Counted from the stretch's first letter, positions 47,301-62,815 are shown. The stretch is 64,000 nt of DNA from Chrysomallon squamiferum (GCA_012295275.1 CM022672.1:9362001-9426000), one strand, 5' to 3'. Notes: generated by a model from the letters alone, not told the origin. Translations and numbers: made by a program.

Positions 47301-48322
47301 GGTAAACCTCACGTATTTTGGACTTGCTAATATCAGATTATCGTCAGTATCGGATGGAATGAAAAGTCCTGATTTTCCAATAAAATATCATCGTCAAGAA
47401 CAGTATTTATATATCGGATAATCGCATATATCGGATAGAATATTTTATTTCACTTGATTAAAATAGTATTGTGCATATCAGACATATCTGGACCGATATT
47501 ACGTGATCAATGAGCAGCTCCGAAAGGAGTTTGGAAATGATGCGGATTTGCCGAAACTGTAATCTGAGTTTAATTTAGCATTGATGGCATTTTCCAAGGC
47601 TCATTTACCTGGGCATTTAGAACTCTGCTTCGAAAAACGTAAAACACAGACATCAGCAATACGATATCGTCAGATTTACAAAAAAAGCATCCAGGCGTGA
47701 AACGCACTGCGGTTGCTTCTAAATTCTGCAAAATAAACCACACACACACAATGCAAACAACACATATAACGTGTGGCATTCTTCGTAACATCATCGAAAA
47801 GACAATACTACACATAGAACGTGATCTAATTTGATCTAGATCCATTAATCCGTCTTTGAAATTAAAATAAGTAAACTAAAGTCACTTACACGGGAATAGG
47901 GACGACACCCTGGGAGTCTAACCTGTCCAGTCAAATTAGGAAGGACGTTACGATCTTGCAGGCACGCTGATGCACAGCGACATGCGGCAACGGCTTTGAG
48001 TAGGTTAGTGTGTTATTCCCTAGGAAGAAATGGGATAAAGTAACAACCAGTCCCAGGATGACTGTCTAATGATCCAAAATATGTTCTAGATGACTAATCA
48101 TTATGCATGTATTATCACTTAATCCCTTTGTTCCAAAATCCCGTTCTGTTGATAATAATAAGGGATATTTGAAATTTTCCAGATCGGAATGCATGTTAAA
48201 CTAATAAATAACTGTTATTTTGCATATTTTATTTTATTTACGAAAATATTTGTAAAACTGTTTGCTTTCAAGATACATTAAATCTAACTGAAGGTAAAAT
48301 CTATGTATGTATGTATGTTGCC

Positions 48323-48404
<82 letters not shown>

Positions 48405-50009
48405 GGCTATTTTCTTTTTTCTTTTCTTTTCTTCTATAAGTATCAAAAACAAGAAAATAATTTGCTTGACAGTTCTGTCATTTAAATTGTGTAATTCACG
48501 GTCATTTGAAAATAATCAAAATTACAATTACAGTTTAACAAAGAAAGAAACGGAAGTGGGAAATGACGACTAATAACTAATTTATTTCTTTAACGACTCC
48601 AGTAAATACAGTTTGTGTTGCTACAGTCATAAACACGGCAATTAGCATTAACCGTATTGATGAGATCACGTCAAACCGTGAAATTCAAAAACTAATTTTT
48701 CGCATCACCCACCACTGGACATAATAAAACACTTCTTCCTTCCTTTTTCTGCTAAAGACAATTTTTTGATATTTACGCAAACGTTACTGTGTCACTGTTG
48801 AAGGAGATTCATCAGCATGCGCTATTCAACCGTGAGTCGTAGAAAAAGCTGAAAGACGATCTAATTGGCTAAAGGAAGCAACTCGACCTAACAGCAAGAA
48901 GAGACAGGCAGAACTCATCGTAAATCATACAGATCTGGACCCGGGCCAAAACTGTTCTTAAATGATCCGTAGATGCTATCTGTATTTATTTTCACAGCTA
49001 AGCAAACATCCCACTTCTCCGTATAAAAATAACAAGGTTAAAAACATAAATGATCCAAGGGGCGAAATGTCGACCATTAATCATAAGTTGTTAGCGATTT
49101 TTTTAATTTTTTTTTTTTTTTTCATCTGATGGAAATGAATTATTTTTCATACAAGATGATAATAAAGAACGTGCAACTAAACCAGGAGGCAGGTATGATA
49201 GTTTAAAACATTCCTAATTAATACAAGTGCGGTTCAAATCAAAGTTGAGATTCTGTGTTCTTTGAAGTACACTGACTCATGCTGTTAATCAGAAATGTGA
49301 TTTGTTCCGCTGTTGAAATAGTTTCTTTCTTCATTTACCAAAGTTAAAACTTGCAAAAATAAATCATTAAATATCGTCTTTGCTCTTAATTTAATATGTA
49401 TGTATGTATGTATGTGTATATATATATAAACAAAAAATAATAATTTTGTTTACCTGGCTGAGTTTCATTCGTTCTTTTGGGAGTGTTATATTTATGATTT
49501 ATAATTTGATGTATAAATGAATCAACAATGAAGTTGCATGATATATGCTGCTTAAGAATATCATTAAATTATATTAGTTGTTTGGAATGCAGCTTTTTAA
49601 CGGATCGATCGTTTCATGCATGACAGTTTAGGAAGAATGCATAGAAACACATAGGCACACAGACAGACAGACAGACACACACAAACACACACACACATAC
49701 ACACACACACACACACACGCACTCACACATACATATGCAATTTAACGTCTTACTATTTCAAATAAATACAGCAAAGAGAAAATTATTCTCAATATATAGG
49801 GTTTTTGTAATTGTTTTCTTTTTTGGGGTGGTGGTGTATGTGATATTCTCACAGGAGCGATATATGGACTTTTATAGTCATTTTTAATGTCTTGTTTCGT
49901 AATCAAAACTATCTATTTGTTTTGCAATTCAGCTCTGAGTAACTAAATTTAAATAATCTTTCTCTTTCTGTCAGTCATACTTTTTTTCTCTCTAGACAGA
50001 TAATGAAAG

Positions 50010-50122
<113 letters not shown>

Positions 50123-52401
50123 GAAAAATACACAGACACAAAGACAGAAAGAGAAAGAAAACATTTAATGATAATCACAGTGTGTCAGATAAAGACAGTA
50201 ATAGAAATCTTTTCACTTTTCTAATTTCATTATGCTTCTTCGTTTGATAAGACTATGTCTGTGATTTACAGTGTTAAATCATGTAAATTCGTCTGAACAG
50301 ACCCGATATAAAGATTTTTCTGAAGACTATCAATATTATTCTGGCTGCATTTCTTTCAGCTAATGTTTGTCTCACATAGTCATGTTTATTCAGCACTAAC
50401 GTCCACAGATGACTTTTTTCCTGATGGACACTAGGTTTTTTCTTAAAGGTTTTCTTTCAGTATGAAAATATTTGAAAATGTACCTGGATCCGCAGAAGAA
50501 TCCTCTTTCTTTATATTTCTTCTGGCTCATGTTATGTACAACTCATTACAAAAGTTATATTCTCCGTAATAACAGAGACCCTGGTTTTCTCAAATCCCGG
50601 AATCAATAACTCATAGGGATACAAATGGTTTTGTTTTACTTTCTCTAGACTTTTTTTCTTTTTTTTAGAGTTATCATTAAGTTACTTACTTGCTGGTATG
50701 AATTTCATACCTATTTCACTGTTACACATAGTTTTGTAGTCATTGTTATGAATACATATTCCAAATGCATTTTCTCAAGAAGTATTAAACTGAAAAAATA
50801 ACGAAGATTTTTATGTTTAGTAGTTGGCTGAGATAAAACATTAACTAGTATTATATTTATTTACTTGTTTACTACGCATACATAAGTTGTGATAACAGTG
50901 ATGATAATGATGATGATCATAATAATAATAATAATAATAATAATGAATTATTTACATCATTTAACACAGACATACACATACATGCCTCTGTCTTAATGTT
51001 ATCTTCTTTATGATTTTTTTTAACGAGCGAATTTAATCAACTCTGGTTCAGTCTATTGAAAGACAATAAATCTTTTGATCTAATTTTTTTTTTTTTTTTT
51101 TTGTTAACACTTGATTGATATTACTTCACTGTCAGCAAGCTTAGAAAACTTAATTTAAAAGTGAAAAAAAAATAGAAAAAAAAATCATAAAAAATTATAT
51201 GACGATATGAAAGAGAATCACGAAGTACAGAACCATCATTCAAGTAATCTGATGACGATTATGAATAGACGGAATTAATAAATCTTTTTTCTCTCCCTCT
51301 GTTAATAAATCAAACAACTCGAGTCACAAAGCACAACGGACATTTTATTCTACTTTATTTAGGATGAGCGTCTTTAATCTTGTGACACACCTCTTTTATA
51401 CAGTCCGCTGAAAAATACATTTATCAGTTTTACTGGCTTAATCATCTTCTGTTAATATCCTTATTAATGGCCCGACTGTTTGGCAAGGACAAAGAACATC
51501 AATCATAAACTCTGTGATCGCGACATATTTCGTAACTGCTCTTATACCGGTTACACAAACACTCCCCAGCCACTGTTTGCAATTAGCCAGAAGTTGTCTA
51601 TCAGTTAAAACTCCTTTGTGTGTCTTTCAAGCCCGCTTGAAAAGAACGTTCAAATATTTGCTTCATTTCTATAAAGCTAAATGATCAGATTTTGGAGATG
51701 CTTTATCTGTCTAGGACGTGTCTTTGCTCGGGTCATCAATCACAAGTCCAAGAGCAAAAATCAGCAAATTCAGAACAATGGCGACACTCGGCAAACAGTC
51801 TGGCCTATCTTGTTTCATATTCATACAGTGTCAAGAGTCGCGGGTTCAAAACCAGTCTGGAACACGTCTTTGATGTGTCATCAATCAAAAGATGAAGAGA
51901 TCAGAAATCGATGTGTTCACTGAAGGTACTTATTTAACAGATTTCTTTTTGTGTTTCATGTTCTTAGGCTGGCAAATGTCGTAGGTTCGAATCGAGACAA
52001 CGGTCTGTCTTTACTTTGTCGTATTTGTTTGACCTCTCTGAAGTTTGGTATCAAATGTATAATAATACACATGCTAAATGTAGCAATATCGATACTTTCT
52101 ACAGAATATAAGTATCCACTCTGTAAGCTGGTTTTCAAATCCATTCACAAAACAGAGAGTAGCTTAAATATGTTTATGAATTGTCTGTTTTCGTCTACAT
52201 GTTTATATATCTGTCGAGATATGTGAATGGAAAGACTGAAGAACAGACGGTCAGACATACCGGCCTACGGACAGTTAATTACATACAAAAAATACAGATA
52301 GTTGTATACTTATATATGAATGTACGTAGTTTTAGAATTTTGAATATGCTATGACTTATGAACGTTTGATTAGACTCTGCACATAAACAATATTCGGGAA
52401 A

Positions 52402-52510
52402 GCAATGGCGCAGGAGGACAAAGTACAATCACTACCTCACAAACCCGTCAGATGCCGCTGAAGAGATTCGAACGTATGACGCTCATTCGCTCGCACCCAG
52501 AAGTCGGATG
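52402..52510 (-). mobile_element. tRNA-derived SINE relic (copy 1)
   Basis: Minus-strand B-box GTTCGAATC (52465-52473); shares CAGGAGGACAAAGT...CAAAC..CGTCAGATGCC.CTGA.GAGA.T.GAACG.ATGAC with 55135-55245. Confidence 0.65.
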
Positions 52511-52905
52511 ATGTTATGTACGTATGCATGGATGGATGTATAAATGTATGTTTGTCTGTCTGTCTGCCTGTCTGTCTGTCTGTATGTATGTATGTAAGTA
52601 TCCATATATGTGCAACACATATCTTCTTATCGCCATTATCCGCTTACATTCCAGTACTTCTGTAAATTTTCAAGACAAGTTTTATTAAAATCATTTAAGA
52701 ATGTTACTAAAGCGTGCCCCAGTCTAGACACAGCTAACTACTCCAGCCAGTATCTTTTTATATAACAATCAATCACAAATACATTTGTTATGAAATAACA
52801 CACTTCATTCGTGTTTTTTTCAGTTCATTAAGTATCTAATACAAGTTCAGTTATTTTGGCATCATTCATTCACCATATTTGAAACTCTATTATGCACGTC
52901 GATTT

Positions 52906-53041
<136 letters not shown>

Positions 53042-53282
53042 TCGACCTCACATCTTCGAGCTTTTCAGTTAGTATCACCTTTACAATCAACATCGTTATT
53101 ATGGCTGTAGTAATTGTGAAATAGGTGGTTTTCGTGTTACAGCTATGGTTTTTCCTATAAAAGTTATGAAGTAACAAGTATATCAAAACCTCAGTTATCA
53201 TTTCTTCTTTTTCTTTCTCTTTCCGTTTGTACATATGTGTATCTTTCAATCTACCCATATATTTGTCCATCTCTCTTTATCT

Positions 53283-53500
53283 TTGTCTGTGTGTCTGTGT
53301 GTGTGTCTATGTCTGTGTCTGTGTGTGTGTGAGTCTGTGTCTGTGTATGTGTGTCTCTGTGTGTGTGTGTGTCTGTGTGTGTGTGTCTATGTCTGTGTGT
53401 CTGTGTGTGTGTCTATGTCTGTGTCTGTGTGTGTGTGTGAGTCTGTGTCTGTGTCTGTGTGTCTCTGTGTGTGTGTGTGTGTGTGTGAGTGTGTGTGTGT
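53283..53500. repeat. Compound (GT/GTCT)n microsatellite
   Basis: Directly visible. Confidence 0.95.
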
Positions 53501-55134
53501 ACCTTCGTCAGTCTCCGTTCACTCCGCCCTCTCTCCAAGTAACTATACATAGTTATCATAGAAAAAAGAACAGGAAATCACACTAATCAGAATTATTAAT
53601 AATCTCTCTTCCATTCACTCTAACACAGAAATAGATGTTACAAACGTGGACTTAAATCATCCAGAATCCAATATGTAAACTGTTAATTGAAACCTCACCT
53701 TCCCGTTTTTAATTATCTGTAAATGAACGAGAGTTAAGCAAATTATAATTCACAACTTAATTCCTAATATGCCTTCGCTGATACTCAGAATATAGGCACA
53801 ATGTTCTAAACCTTTAAAATAGAATTCTTCATCCCATGCAGGGACGGAATTAAAAACACTGGTTTAAACTTTAATTAATGTCCGATTTGTTCTGATCAAT
53901 AGTTAGAAACGTACGTCATTTACCAGTGTTTTCGTTCGTACAAAGAACTTCACGCGTTGCTAGGACACGTATTAATCACCCGAAGATTAATAGCAAATAT
54001 CAGGTAATCTTGCATTAAAAATTCCTCAGAATGATGATTACAACTTCTGTTATCTAGCGACATTTCAGCACTTACTAACAAGTCACGTGCCGTAATTTAT
54101 CAACCATTTTTAATTTTACTTTATTGGTTTTCCTCCTTGTTTCTTTGATGATCTTTTTATTAATGTGATACAGTTAGGTTATATGATTAAATAATTATTT
54201 CGTTGTTTTTAGCTGTTACTTTTGTTTTATTCTAAGTAAGAGACAATATTTGTAATTCGGATTAACGTAAGAATATTAACAAAATCATTATTATTACCAT
54301 TTTCATCGTCATCATCTTCGACATAATCATTAAAGCCATTTTTATCGGTATTAACACATCAGTGTATAATTATTTATTAAATTATTCAGTGTTTCATTTT
54401 ACAGCTCCTTAATAACTGATTAAATAAAATGCTCTTCTGGATTTTATCAATATAGTTAAGTTACCTTGTCACAGGTTTTATGCCAATTTTTCGGTATTTT
54501 TCTACCACCCGCATGTTCATAGTGACTGTTGTGTATACCCGGATGCAATGATCGAGATAAATAAATATTTCGGACTGAGAAAAAACAGTTTTGTGAAATA
54601 ATATAATAAACTGAAGTTTGTGATTATTGGCCATAATTGTTACCAGATTCGTTACAAAATTTGGTGTTTAAATTTTAATCATCTAAAATCAGCACTGAAT
54701 GTAACATCTGCGACGTAACCATCTACCTCTGTCTTTCTCTCTGTATCTGTATCTATTATCCATCTATCTGTCTGTCTGTATATATCTGTTTGCTTATCTG
54801 TCTGAATCTGTCTATCCACTACCTACCTATTGTCTGTATGTCTGTCTCTTTCTGTCTGCATGTGTACCTGTCTGTCTGTCCATCTACCTTCTTATTGTTT
54901 GTCTCTCTGTATATATATAAAACAGAAAGCAAAACAGACTAAAAAATCGATAACCAGACAGACAGACAGACAGACAGAGAAATATACACTTGCTGGGAGT
55001 AAGCGGAGAGACAGACAAGCAAAAAGACAGGCAGATACATAGACATCAGTATAGTTATTTTTGTATGTACGTATTTTAGAATTCTGAATATTCACTGACT
55101 TATGTATGTGTGCACAGAGACAATATATGAGAAC

Positions 55135-55245
55135 GCATGGACACAGGAGGACAAAGTCGAGTCACGACCTTGCAAACTACGTCAGATGCCACTGACGAGA
55201 CTAGAACGCATGACACCCAGGACGACGATAATGGCTCGGCCATCA
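55135..55245 (-). mobile_element. tRNA-derived SINE relic (copy 2)
   Basis: Direct diverged repeat of 52402-52510. Confidence 0.65.
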
Positions 55246-55753
55246 AGACAATCCTAGACATGACATTTGTTTAGACTGTTGTTATATATGTATGTATGTA
55301 TGTATGTACGTATGTATGCGTATACATTTATATGAGTTGTATGTGAACAAAGAACACACACATTTTTTTTAATGGTGAGTATATTCAGTCGAGAGGCTGT
55401 GTATATATAATCGTTATTTATTGTACACTGTAAATTAAGAGTACAGTTATTGCTGTAAATTATGTCAGTGTTTGTCACTTAATGAGATCACCTGTGGATT
55501 ATTACTACCTTTCAGGTTAAACTGCTTTTTACTACTGTCAGGTAAGACAACGAATTGTTTAATTTAGATATTTGTAAATGTGTTGACAGCAAATCGCTAT
55601 CAAGATAAAACTGACCTCATTTGTAATTCAGGTATCTCGTGGCTACATGAAACTAAAATATCTCAGCTGTAAAGCTGCATAAGTACAAAACGCCTTTCAG
55701 TGTATGAAAGAGAAATATTTGTTTCTGTACTGAATGCAATTAGAGCAGTTGTA

Positions 55754-56156
55754 CTGTTGACCCTCGATTTCACGGACCTCGATATTTCGGATTTCGAAAA
55801 ATCGAAATCTGATGTTTATCGCGATTTCCCCTTGAAACCTTACCTGTAGGTACTGTTAGGTTTTTCTGAGTCCCACCATACGATTATGGCAACCCTCTCT
55901 CAATCCACTTTCCACCAAAGTAAGAATGCATTTTATCACTGCACCCATAACTATCCTAATTTTTCTAATGTACAGTTTTCTTTACATATACTGTATGGCA
56001 TTTGCTTAGATTGTTTTTATGTCTGTTTATTGTTCTAACATTATTATATTACTGTATTATAGCTGCTATGTGTACTAAAGTTAAATGCTTAACTTTTGCA
56101 TTTTCCGGACCGATGATCCTCTCCCCCAATTAGTCCGTGAAATTGAGGGTCAACAG
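55754..56156. mobile_element. pogo/Tigger-like (Tc1/mariner superfamily) MITE, 403 bp
   Basis: 24-bp TIR CTGTTGACCCTCGATTTCACGGAC / GTCCGTGAAATTGAGGGTCAACAG (23/24 match), TA on both flanks. Confidence 0.88.
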
Positions 56157-57574
56157 TATATGAAAATGTAATCTAACTTGAGAGAACAACTTTCTACCAT
56201 TAACCAATTAAGAGAGATACGAGATCAGTATAACCCTCTAAAACAAATAACAAAAAGAATAAACAAAAATAATTTGTTGTTGTTGTTGTTGTTGTTCTTC
56301 TTCTTCTAGACCAATCATTTATAATGATCTCTTCACACTTCAGTGAATGTTATTAATTCAGCCAGAGAGTCGGTTAATCTGTCAGTCTATCTGTTCAACG
56401 TATTCAGTTATTTCTAACAAATTAACAATGTCAAGAAGACAGCAGATTTCCACGTAGTTTTATAAACCGTTTGTTCAGAAACCATAGTAACAAATAGCAT
56501 TTTAATTTCCCAGTTTACACTAACTGTCAGTTTCGGTAAATGAACATACAGAACAAGAATGAGAAATCAGTGTTAGAAAAATACGTATCTGATGAAACTA
56601 TTCATGCATGAACCTGTAACAAATATAATTAAACAATCAAACAAACAAATAAATAACAATAGCAGTAGTAATATTAATAATAATAATAATAGTAGTAGTA
56701 GTAGTTATACCAGTTATATATTTAAATGTAGACGACAAAAGTGTGGGCAAAAATAGATTATATTTTTATTTTGAAAACAGAAAAATTCGTTCCTATACAT
56801 TATATAAAAGAGTAATAGTTACTAGAAGATAGTTTTATCAAATACCTTTCGTTTTTCAGTTACGTCTTTCTACCCAACTTCGACGTAATTCGTTGTCATC
56901 TTGGACTACATAATTATTTACATCCCTTGAAAAACAATTATTTAAAAAATGGCTGACGAAACGATCATACGTTTGGCTGAACTCAAGAAAAGGGAAATTT
57001 ATTTCAGCTGGAAGGTTAAAAGTAGCCTTTACTTTCGTTTTACTACCTCATTATTCTCGTTATAAAAGCGATTCAACAATTCGCAGAGAAAAAAAGAAAA
57101 AGAAAATCCTAATGGAAACTGTTTACGCCAATATTTAAAGTGCATGCTTACCGACATAATAATGAAAATATTAATAAGAAAAACAAGTTTATAATAAATC
57201 AGAGTGGGCATTAAAAGATTTCTGAAATAGTGATTAGGACCCACGTGGTCATTAAACTCTCGATATTAAATTACCCTCGTTCTCAGTCAGACGTCTCCGC
57301 ATGGTTTCGAAATCTTCAGTCTGACCTCACAGTGACCCTCGCAGACACTACGGCACGGATAACTACATGCAGCATTTCGTTCATATCTCAAATACGTCAA
57401 AACATCGTCGGCCATTAATTTGCACGCGCAAACAACGAGTTAACTGCCCTTGACGATGGCGCGTTTTTCTCGAAAACACCGTGCGGTCTTTGACGACGAC
57501 AAACAACATTTGCCGCAACACGAATTCTTCTCGTGCTGTATTTGTTATTCGTTCAAATGATTAATATCATTATT

Positions 57575-57646
<72 letters not shown>

Positions 57647-58916
57647 AACTTTCCCACTTTTTCATTATTTCTTGTTTTTCTCATTATTTCTTATATTACT
57701 GATTAATCAATGCATCTATGTTTTAACTGGAAATTCACCGACATCTTAATTATTATCTTCACGTTGATTTTTTGTGTCACAATTTTATTTATTCTGAGAA
57801 AATGTCGTGTTATATTAAGAATAAAAAAAAAAAATAATTATAATTAAAATGTACGTCAGCTTCTATCACTACTATTTCAGGATAGTACTACATCACACTG
57901 AATTATACATCTCAGATAATTCTTTATATTTACGTAAAGAAAAAGAAGAAAAAAGAAAGAAAACAGAAGAAAACCCGTCATTTTCAATTAAACCTTTGAT
58001 AGGATTTTGGTTCTGTCTCCAGAATCGATAGCCAATAGTTGTCTAAGTGAAAGCTCCGCTGAAATTTGAAATTTAATTCTTACTGTAGACTAAATCTACT
58101 TGGAGCCTTTCTAACAAATTCATATTTTGGCCACCAAAACATAAATGCAACTTCATTTTTTCTTTTTCTTTTTTAAAGTACTATTATTATTACAAAATTT
58201 TATTTATTTTTTTATTTATTTATTATTTTTTTATTTTTTTCATTCTAAAAGTTATTATATTTTAAAAAGTTGTTTTTCTTTCGTGTGTTTTTTTTTTTTT
58301 TCTTTTAATTTTATTTTGGAAGTAAATTATTATTTTTTCTCTGTCTACTTTCTTCTGAAACTTATAAAAACATCAGTTCGTAGAAAAGCTGGTATTTTTA
58401 AAGATGTTAAGGAAATTGATCTTAGAAGAAGAAGAAGAAGAAAAGAAAGAACTGAATAGATGTTTTTATCTTCTTTTCTTTTCACTCATTCTTTGATTTT
58501 ATTTAAAAAGTAATTTAATTTAATTAGTCATTTATTTATTCATTTATTATCTTGTAAGACTGTTAGTTAAATACAGTTAAAAGGACATTTATTTTATTTA
58601 AAAAATAAAAAATAAAAAAATAAAAATGAGTGGATCTACCGAAAGAAAACCAAATTAAACTAATTTCAAATTGATTTGTCATAGAGTGTATTTTCTTTTG
58701 TTTAGGTCTTATTTTCCAAATGAGTACTGATTCTTTCTGCAGAGACTCACAGAAACCAGAAATCGTTTACAACAACAGCTAATGAGGATATTGTCAAAAA
58801 ACTTGAGATAGAGAACGTATTACACTCATCAAAGAAGCAAATTCCTTGACACTGCTTTTTTCAAAATACGATCAAAACATTTTTGATTGTTGCATCGGAA
58901 TATTATTTATACATGC

Positions 58917-59024
<108 letters not shown>

Positions 59025-59526
59025 TTACACGGTAGGAATATTAATACTGTTAATATGATATAATATTTAGATTGGATATCTCGGTAAAGTAAAACGTAAT
59101 TTGAATTCACTTTGTGTGATTCCATCTTCAAACAGCATCATACGGCTGCTTTTCAAAGGCAGTGCAAAATGTTATGGGAAAATGTTAGATATATTTTTTC
59201 AAAGTCACTAGTGTTTATAATTTTATAATATGATATAAAACATTGAAAATATATCAATAACTGACGCCAGTACCCAGACATTAATTGTTTTACTAGGGAA
59301 ACTAACGCAAATAATCATGTAAAATAGTCCAGATAATCATACAGCATGATGTATTATACACATACTTTTGCTATTTTCTTATATTAACATTATATGATAT
59401 CGGATAACTGAATCCGAATCCACTGTGTGTTAATTTGCTTCTTGGTGAGCTTTCGCTAGCAAAACAGTAATTAATTTTAGAATAATTGCTGAAGCGAACA
59501 TCTTATGTTTCACGTGTGTCTGTTCG

Positions 59527-59576
<50 letters not shown>

Positions 59577-61479
59577 GTAATAATCTCCATCTTTTCTTTT
59601 CAGTTGTTTCGTTCCTGTTATGTTTTCTCTTTCTTGTTCTTAGACCATGAACTCTGTAGTTACATTCAAATGGATAGATATTCGTTTAGCAATATCTTAC
59701 AATCATAGAATAATACATAATGTTCATTGTTGCCAATACTATCAAAAAGATTTTAGCTGTTTTTTCACTACCTCTTACCTTGTAAAGAAAGTGGCCACCT
59801 GTCAAACGATGATGTAAACTTAGAATTAAAAATAGATAAGATTAACTAAATCTAGACTGTAAGATGAATGAAAACTGAATACAGTTTGTCCAATGCTAAA
59901 TTCCTAAAAGGGAAGAAATAAATTGTCTTATTACGATGAAACCACAAACGAATTCGGTTTATTTCTTTTTAAAATAATGAAATTCATTTTTTTAAATAAT
60001 GAAATTCGGGTTATTTCCTTAAAAAAAAAAAAGAAAAAAAAAAGCTAAATGTAATAAAAATAAATAATCAATCCAACCAACCAAACAAATAGCAACAACA
60101 ACAAAAAAAGAAAAAAAGAAGAAAATAAATCACCAACAAAACAGGTCAGTGTGTTCATTGTAGAATAGTTTAATATTTACTGTGAACTAAAACTGCTATC
60201 ATTATAATTATGTACTGTTTGCTAATCAATATTTTCCAGATAACTTACTGAAAATCCTATATTCAATTCAAACTGAAACAAATACTGTTTTTCATAACGC
60301 TATCACGAATAATATGACAGTACATAACTGTAATACCATTAGAAGTAACAAAACAAAAGCAGTTAAATATGTATGATAGAGAGAACTGATGGAAAATGAC
60401 ATATCATAATCTCCTGTCAGGTATAAATGCACCAGTATTATACATGAGATAAAGTAGATTTATGTTCAGCTACAAATAATAGATTTATATCCGTCTAAGG
60501 CTGGATTCCATATCTGAATCAACAGCACATTTTCATTTGTTTTTATTTTTTTATTTTTTCAAAGTGCAGGAGGAATCGAGGTACCAAAGACAGAAAAAGG
60601 ATTTACTGAACACCATGTTACCATGTACCTACATTTCCTGTGACCTTGTAACACATATTTCCTCATTCCAAACCGTGCCAGACGTTAACCCCATACAGTA
60701 AGAAGATGTCTTTTTATAACGAAATGCTGACTATTAATAAAAGGTAGGCTTCATTACACAACGGCCATGAAAAAAGAAAACTAACACGAAGAATAATTTG
60801 CATAATTCAAAGAGCAACATGAAATCTAGAACTCGCCGATCGATTACTCAGAATGTGTGGTGTGCTGGTGATTTAGAAAGATGATGGTGCTAGTACTAGC
60901 AGCCTCAGAAGTGCTATTTTTAGAACAGTGGTAATAATAGTAGTGGTAGTGGTAGTCGAAGTAGTAACTTTTGTAATATCATTGGCGATAGTATAGTGGT
61001 AGTCGTAGTAGCAGCTGTATTAGTAATAGTTGCAGTGATAGTAAAAATAGTAGTAGTATCTGTAGTGGTGGTACTGGTAGCAATAAGACGACAGTTAAAA
61101 AAAGAAAACCAAGGAGAAAGGAGAAGCTGGGAGAAAAAAAATAACGAAAAAATAAAATAAAAACGAATTGAAAAAAGAGAAAATAGCACATGAAAAATAA
61201 AATAGAAGAAAAAGTAGAAGAAAAAGAAGAAGAAGAAGAAGAAGAAGAAGAAGAAGAAGAAGAAGAAGATGAAGAAGAAAGAAGAAAAGGAAAAGAAGAA
61301 GGGGAACAAGATAATGAAGAGAAGAACAAAAACTGTGAAATAAAATAAAGTTCAGTTGTTTGGTTTCTAGCATCAGCGGAAAATGATTGCTAAGACAGAT
61401 TGGGATATTTTAATTTTAAAACGAAATGAAGAAAAACTTCCAACAACAAAGTAAACGCTCTACGATACAAAATTACAAA

Positions 61480-61511
<32 letters not shown>

Positions 61512-62654
61512 CAATATAAAATAAAATAACTGTCTTGTGACTTGTTGAGAAAACTCTCAAGGAAATCCTTTTTGTAGATTGCATTTAACGATTACCATTT
61601 GTCACTTTACGTGTAATTTTATTTACAATACCATGGTTTTATTACACCAGATACTGAAACATAATGTACAACATTAATTTTATATAGCATTATTTTCATC
61701 TTCTACCTATTTACTTATTTATTGCTTTGTACCCAGACATCATTAGTAGGTGTAAGGTCTGAATATTAACTCGACAGTCAATCACTATTTCCGATATGGA
61801 ATAAAAATGACTGAAATTAATTGCTGTTGATGTCAGTAGTTTTACCTAAGGGATCGTTTTAACCTTGTCCTTAATCTGTAATGAACACTTCGCACAAATT
61901 AAGTTCTCGAGAGGGTAAGGTATATATACAGTTTAAATAACTACTGAGAGACAGAAAGATATAGAGATAGGATTGAAAAACAAATAAAAATGGGGCAATT
62001 ATATAATACTTTCCTTCTTTTTCTTCTTTTTCTCTTAGCTGTATGAGAATTTTCAGATTAACCTTTAGAAAATATTAAAAGCTCTGTGAAAGAATGTTTG
62101 TTTTACCTTTTTGCTTTAAGCAGATCAGACTTTTTGTACTTCAGTGTATTGAAGAAATGGTTAATAAAGATGTGGAGAAAATGGTAGCTAGGCTACCGCT
62201 TTATCAAACTTTTATGCTATGATACAAAATACTCTCAGTATTTTTCAGAACAGAGTTCTGTGTTGTGGACGGCAAAGCCGACATGGAAATCAAGAAGTTG
62301 AATGTTATTATTTCTAAAATGTCTTTTGTGAATGCTTTTTGTTTTTGTTGACAAATGCTAAAAGCAAAGAACATCAGAGATGACATTTGTATACGCAGTT
62401 ATTAGTTCAGAATAGAAACAGATTAATTTAGAAAAATATTTTAAGTGCATTTTAATCTACGTTCTAAGAAGTTTACCTGTCCTATTTTTTTTTTTTTTTT
62501 TTTTAATATGTTGTTTTTTTGTTTTTTTCAGATGTTGTAATACTTATCAAATGGTTTAAACTATTGCAAAATACACAGTTGTAAGGAACTGTACATATGA
62601 CTAAACCCCTGTACAGAATTAGAGAAAATTTCCGTTTCCTCCACCCGATGGACT

Positions 62655-62815
62655 GCTTTCTTTTATCAACAAGTTATCTTTTATGTTCACCTACCCACAG
62701 ACAGTAAAAAAACCTACTGTTTTTGATAAAGGAAACGTGGATCACGGTTGACGTACTTAGGATGGTTGATCGTAGGGTACATCGCACTTCAGTCCTGCAC
62801 TTTAACCTCGAATTC
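62655..62815 (-). mobile_element. Degenerate copy of the same SINE-like repeat as 33885-34045
   Basis: TTATCAACAAGTTATCTTTTATGTTCACCTACCCACAGACAG...GGTTGATC...CATCGCACTTCAG aligns by eye with the 33.9-kb copy. Confidence 0.5.

Noticed and set aside
59774-59801. Minus-strand 20-nt micro-exon candidate with AAG|GTAAGA donor
   Set aside because: Acceptor lacks a polypyrimidine tract; isolated consensus donors are expected by chance in 64 kb.
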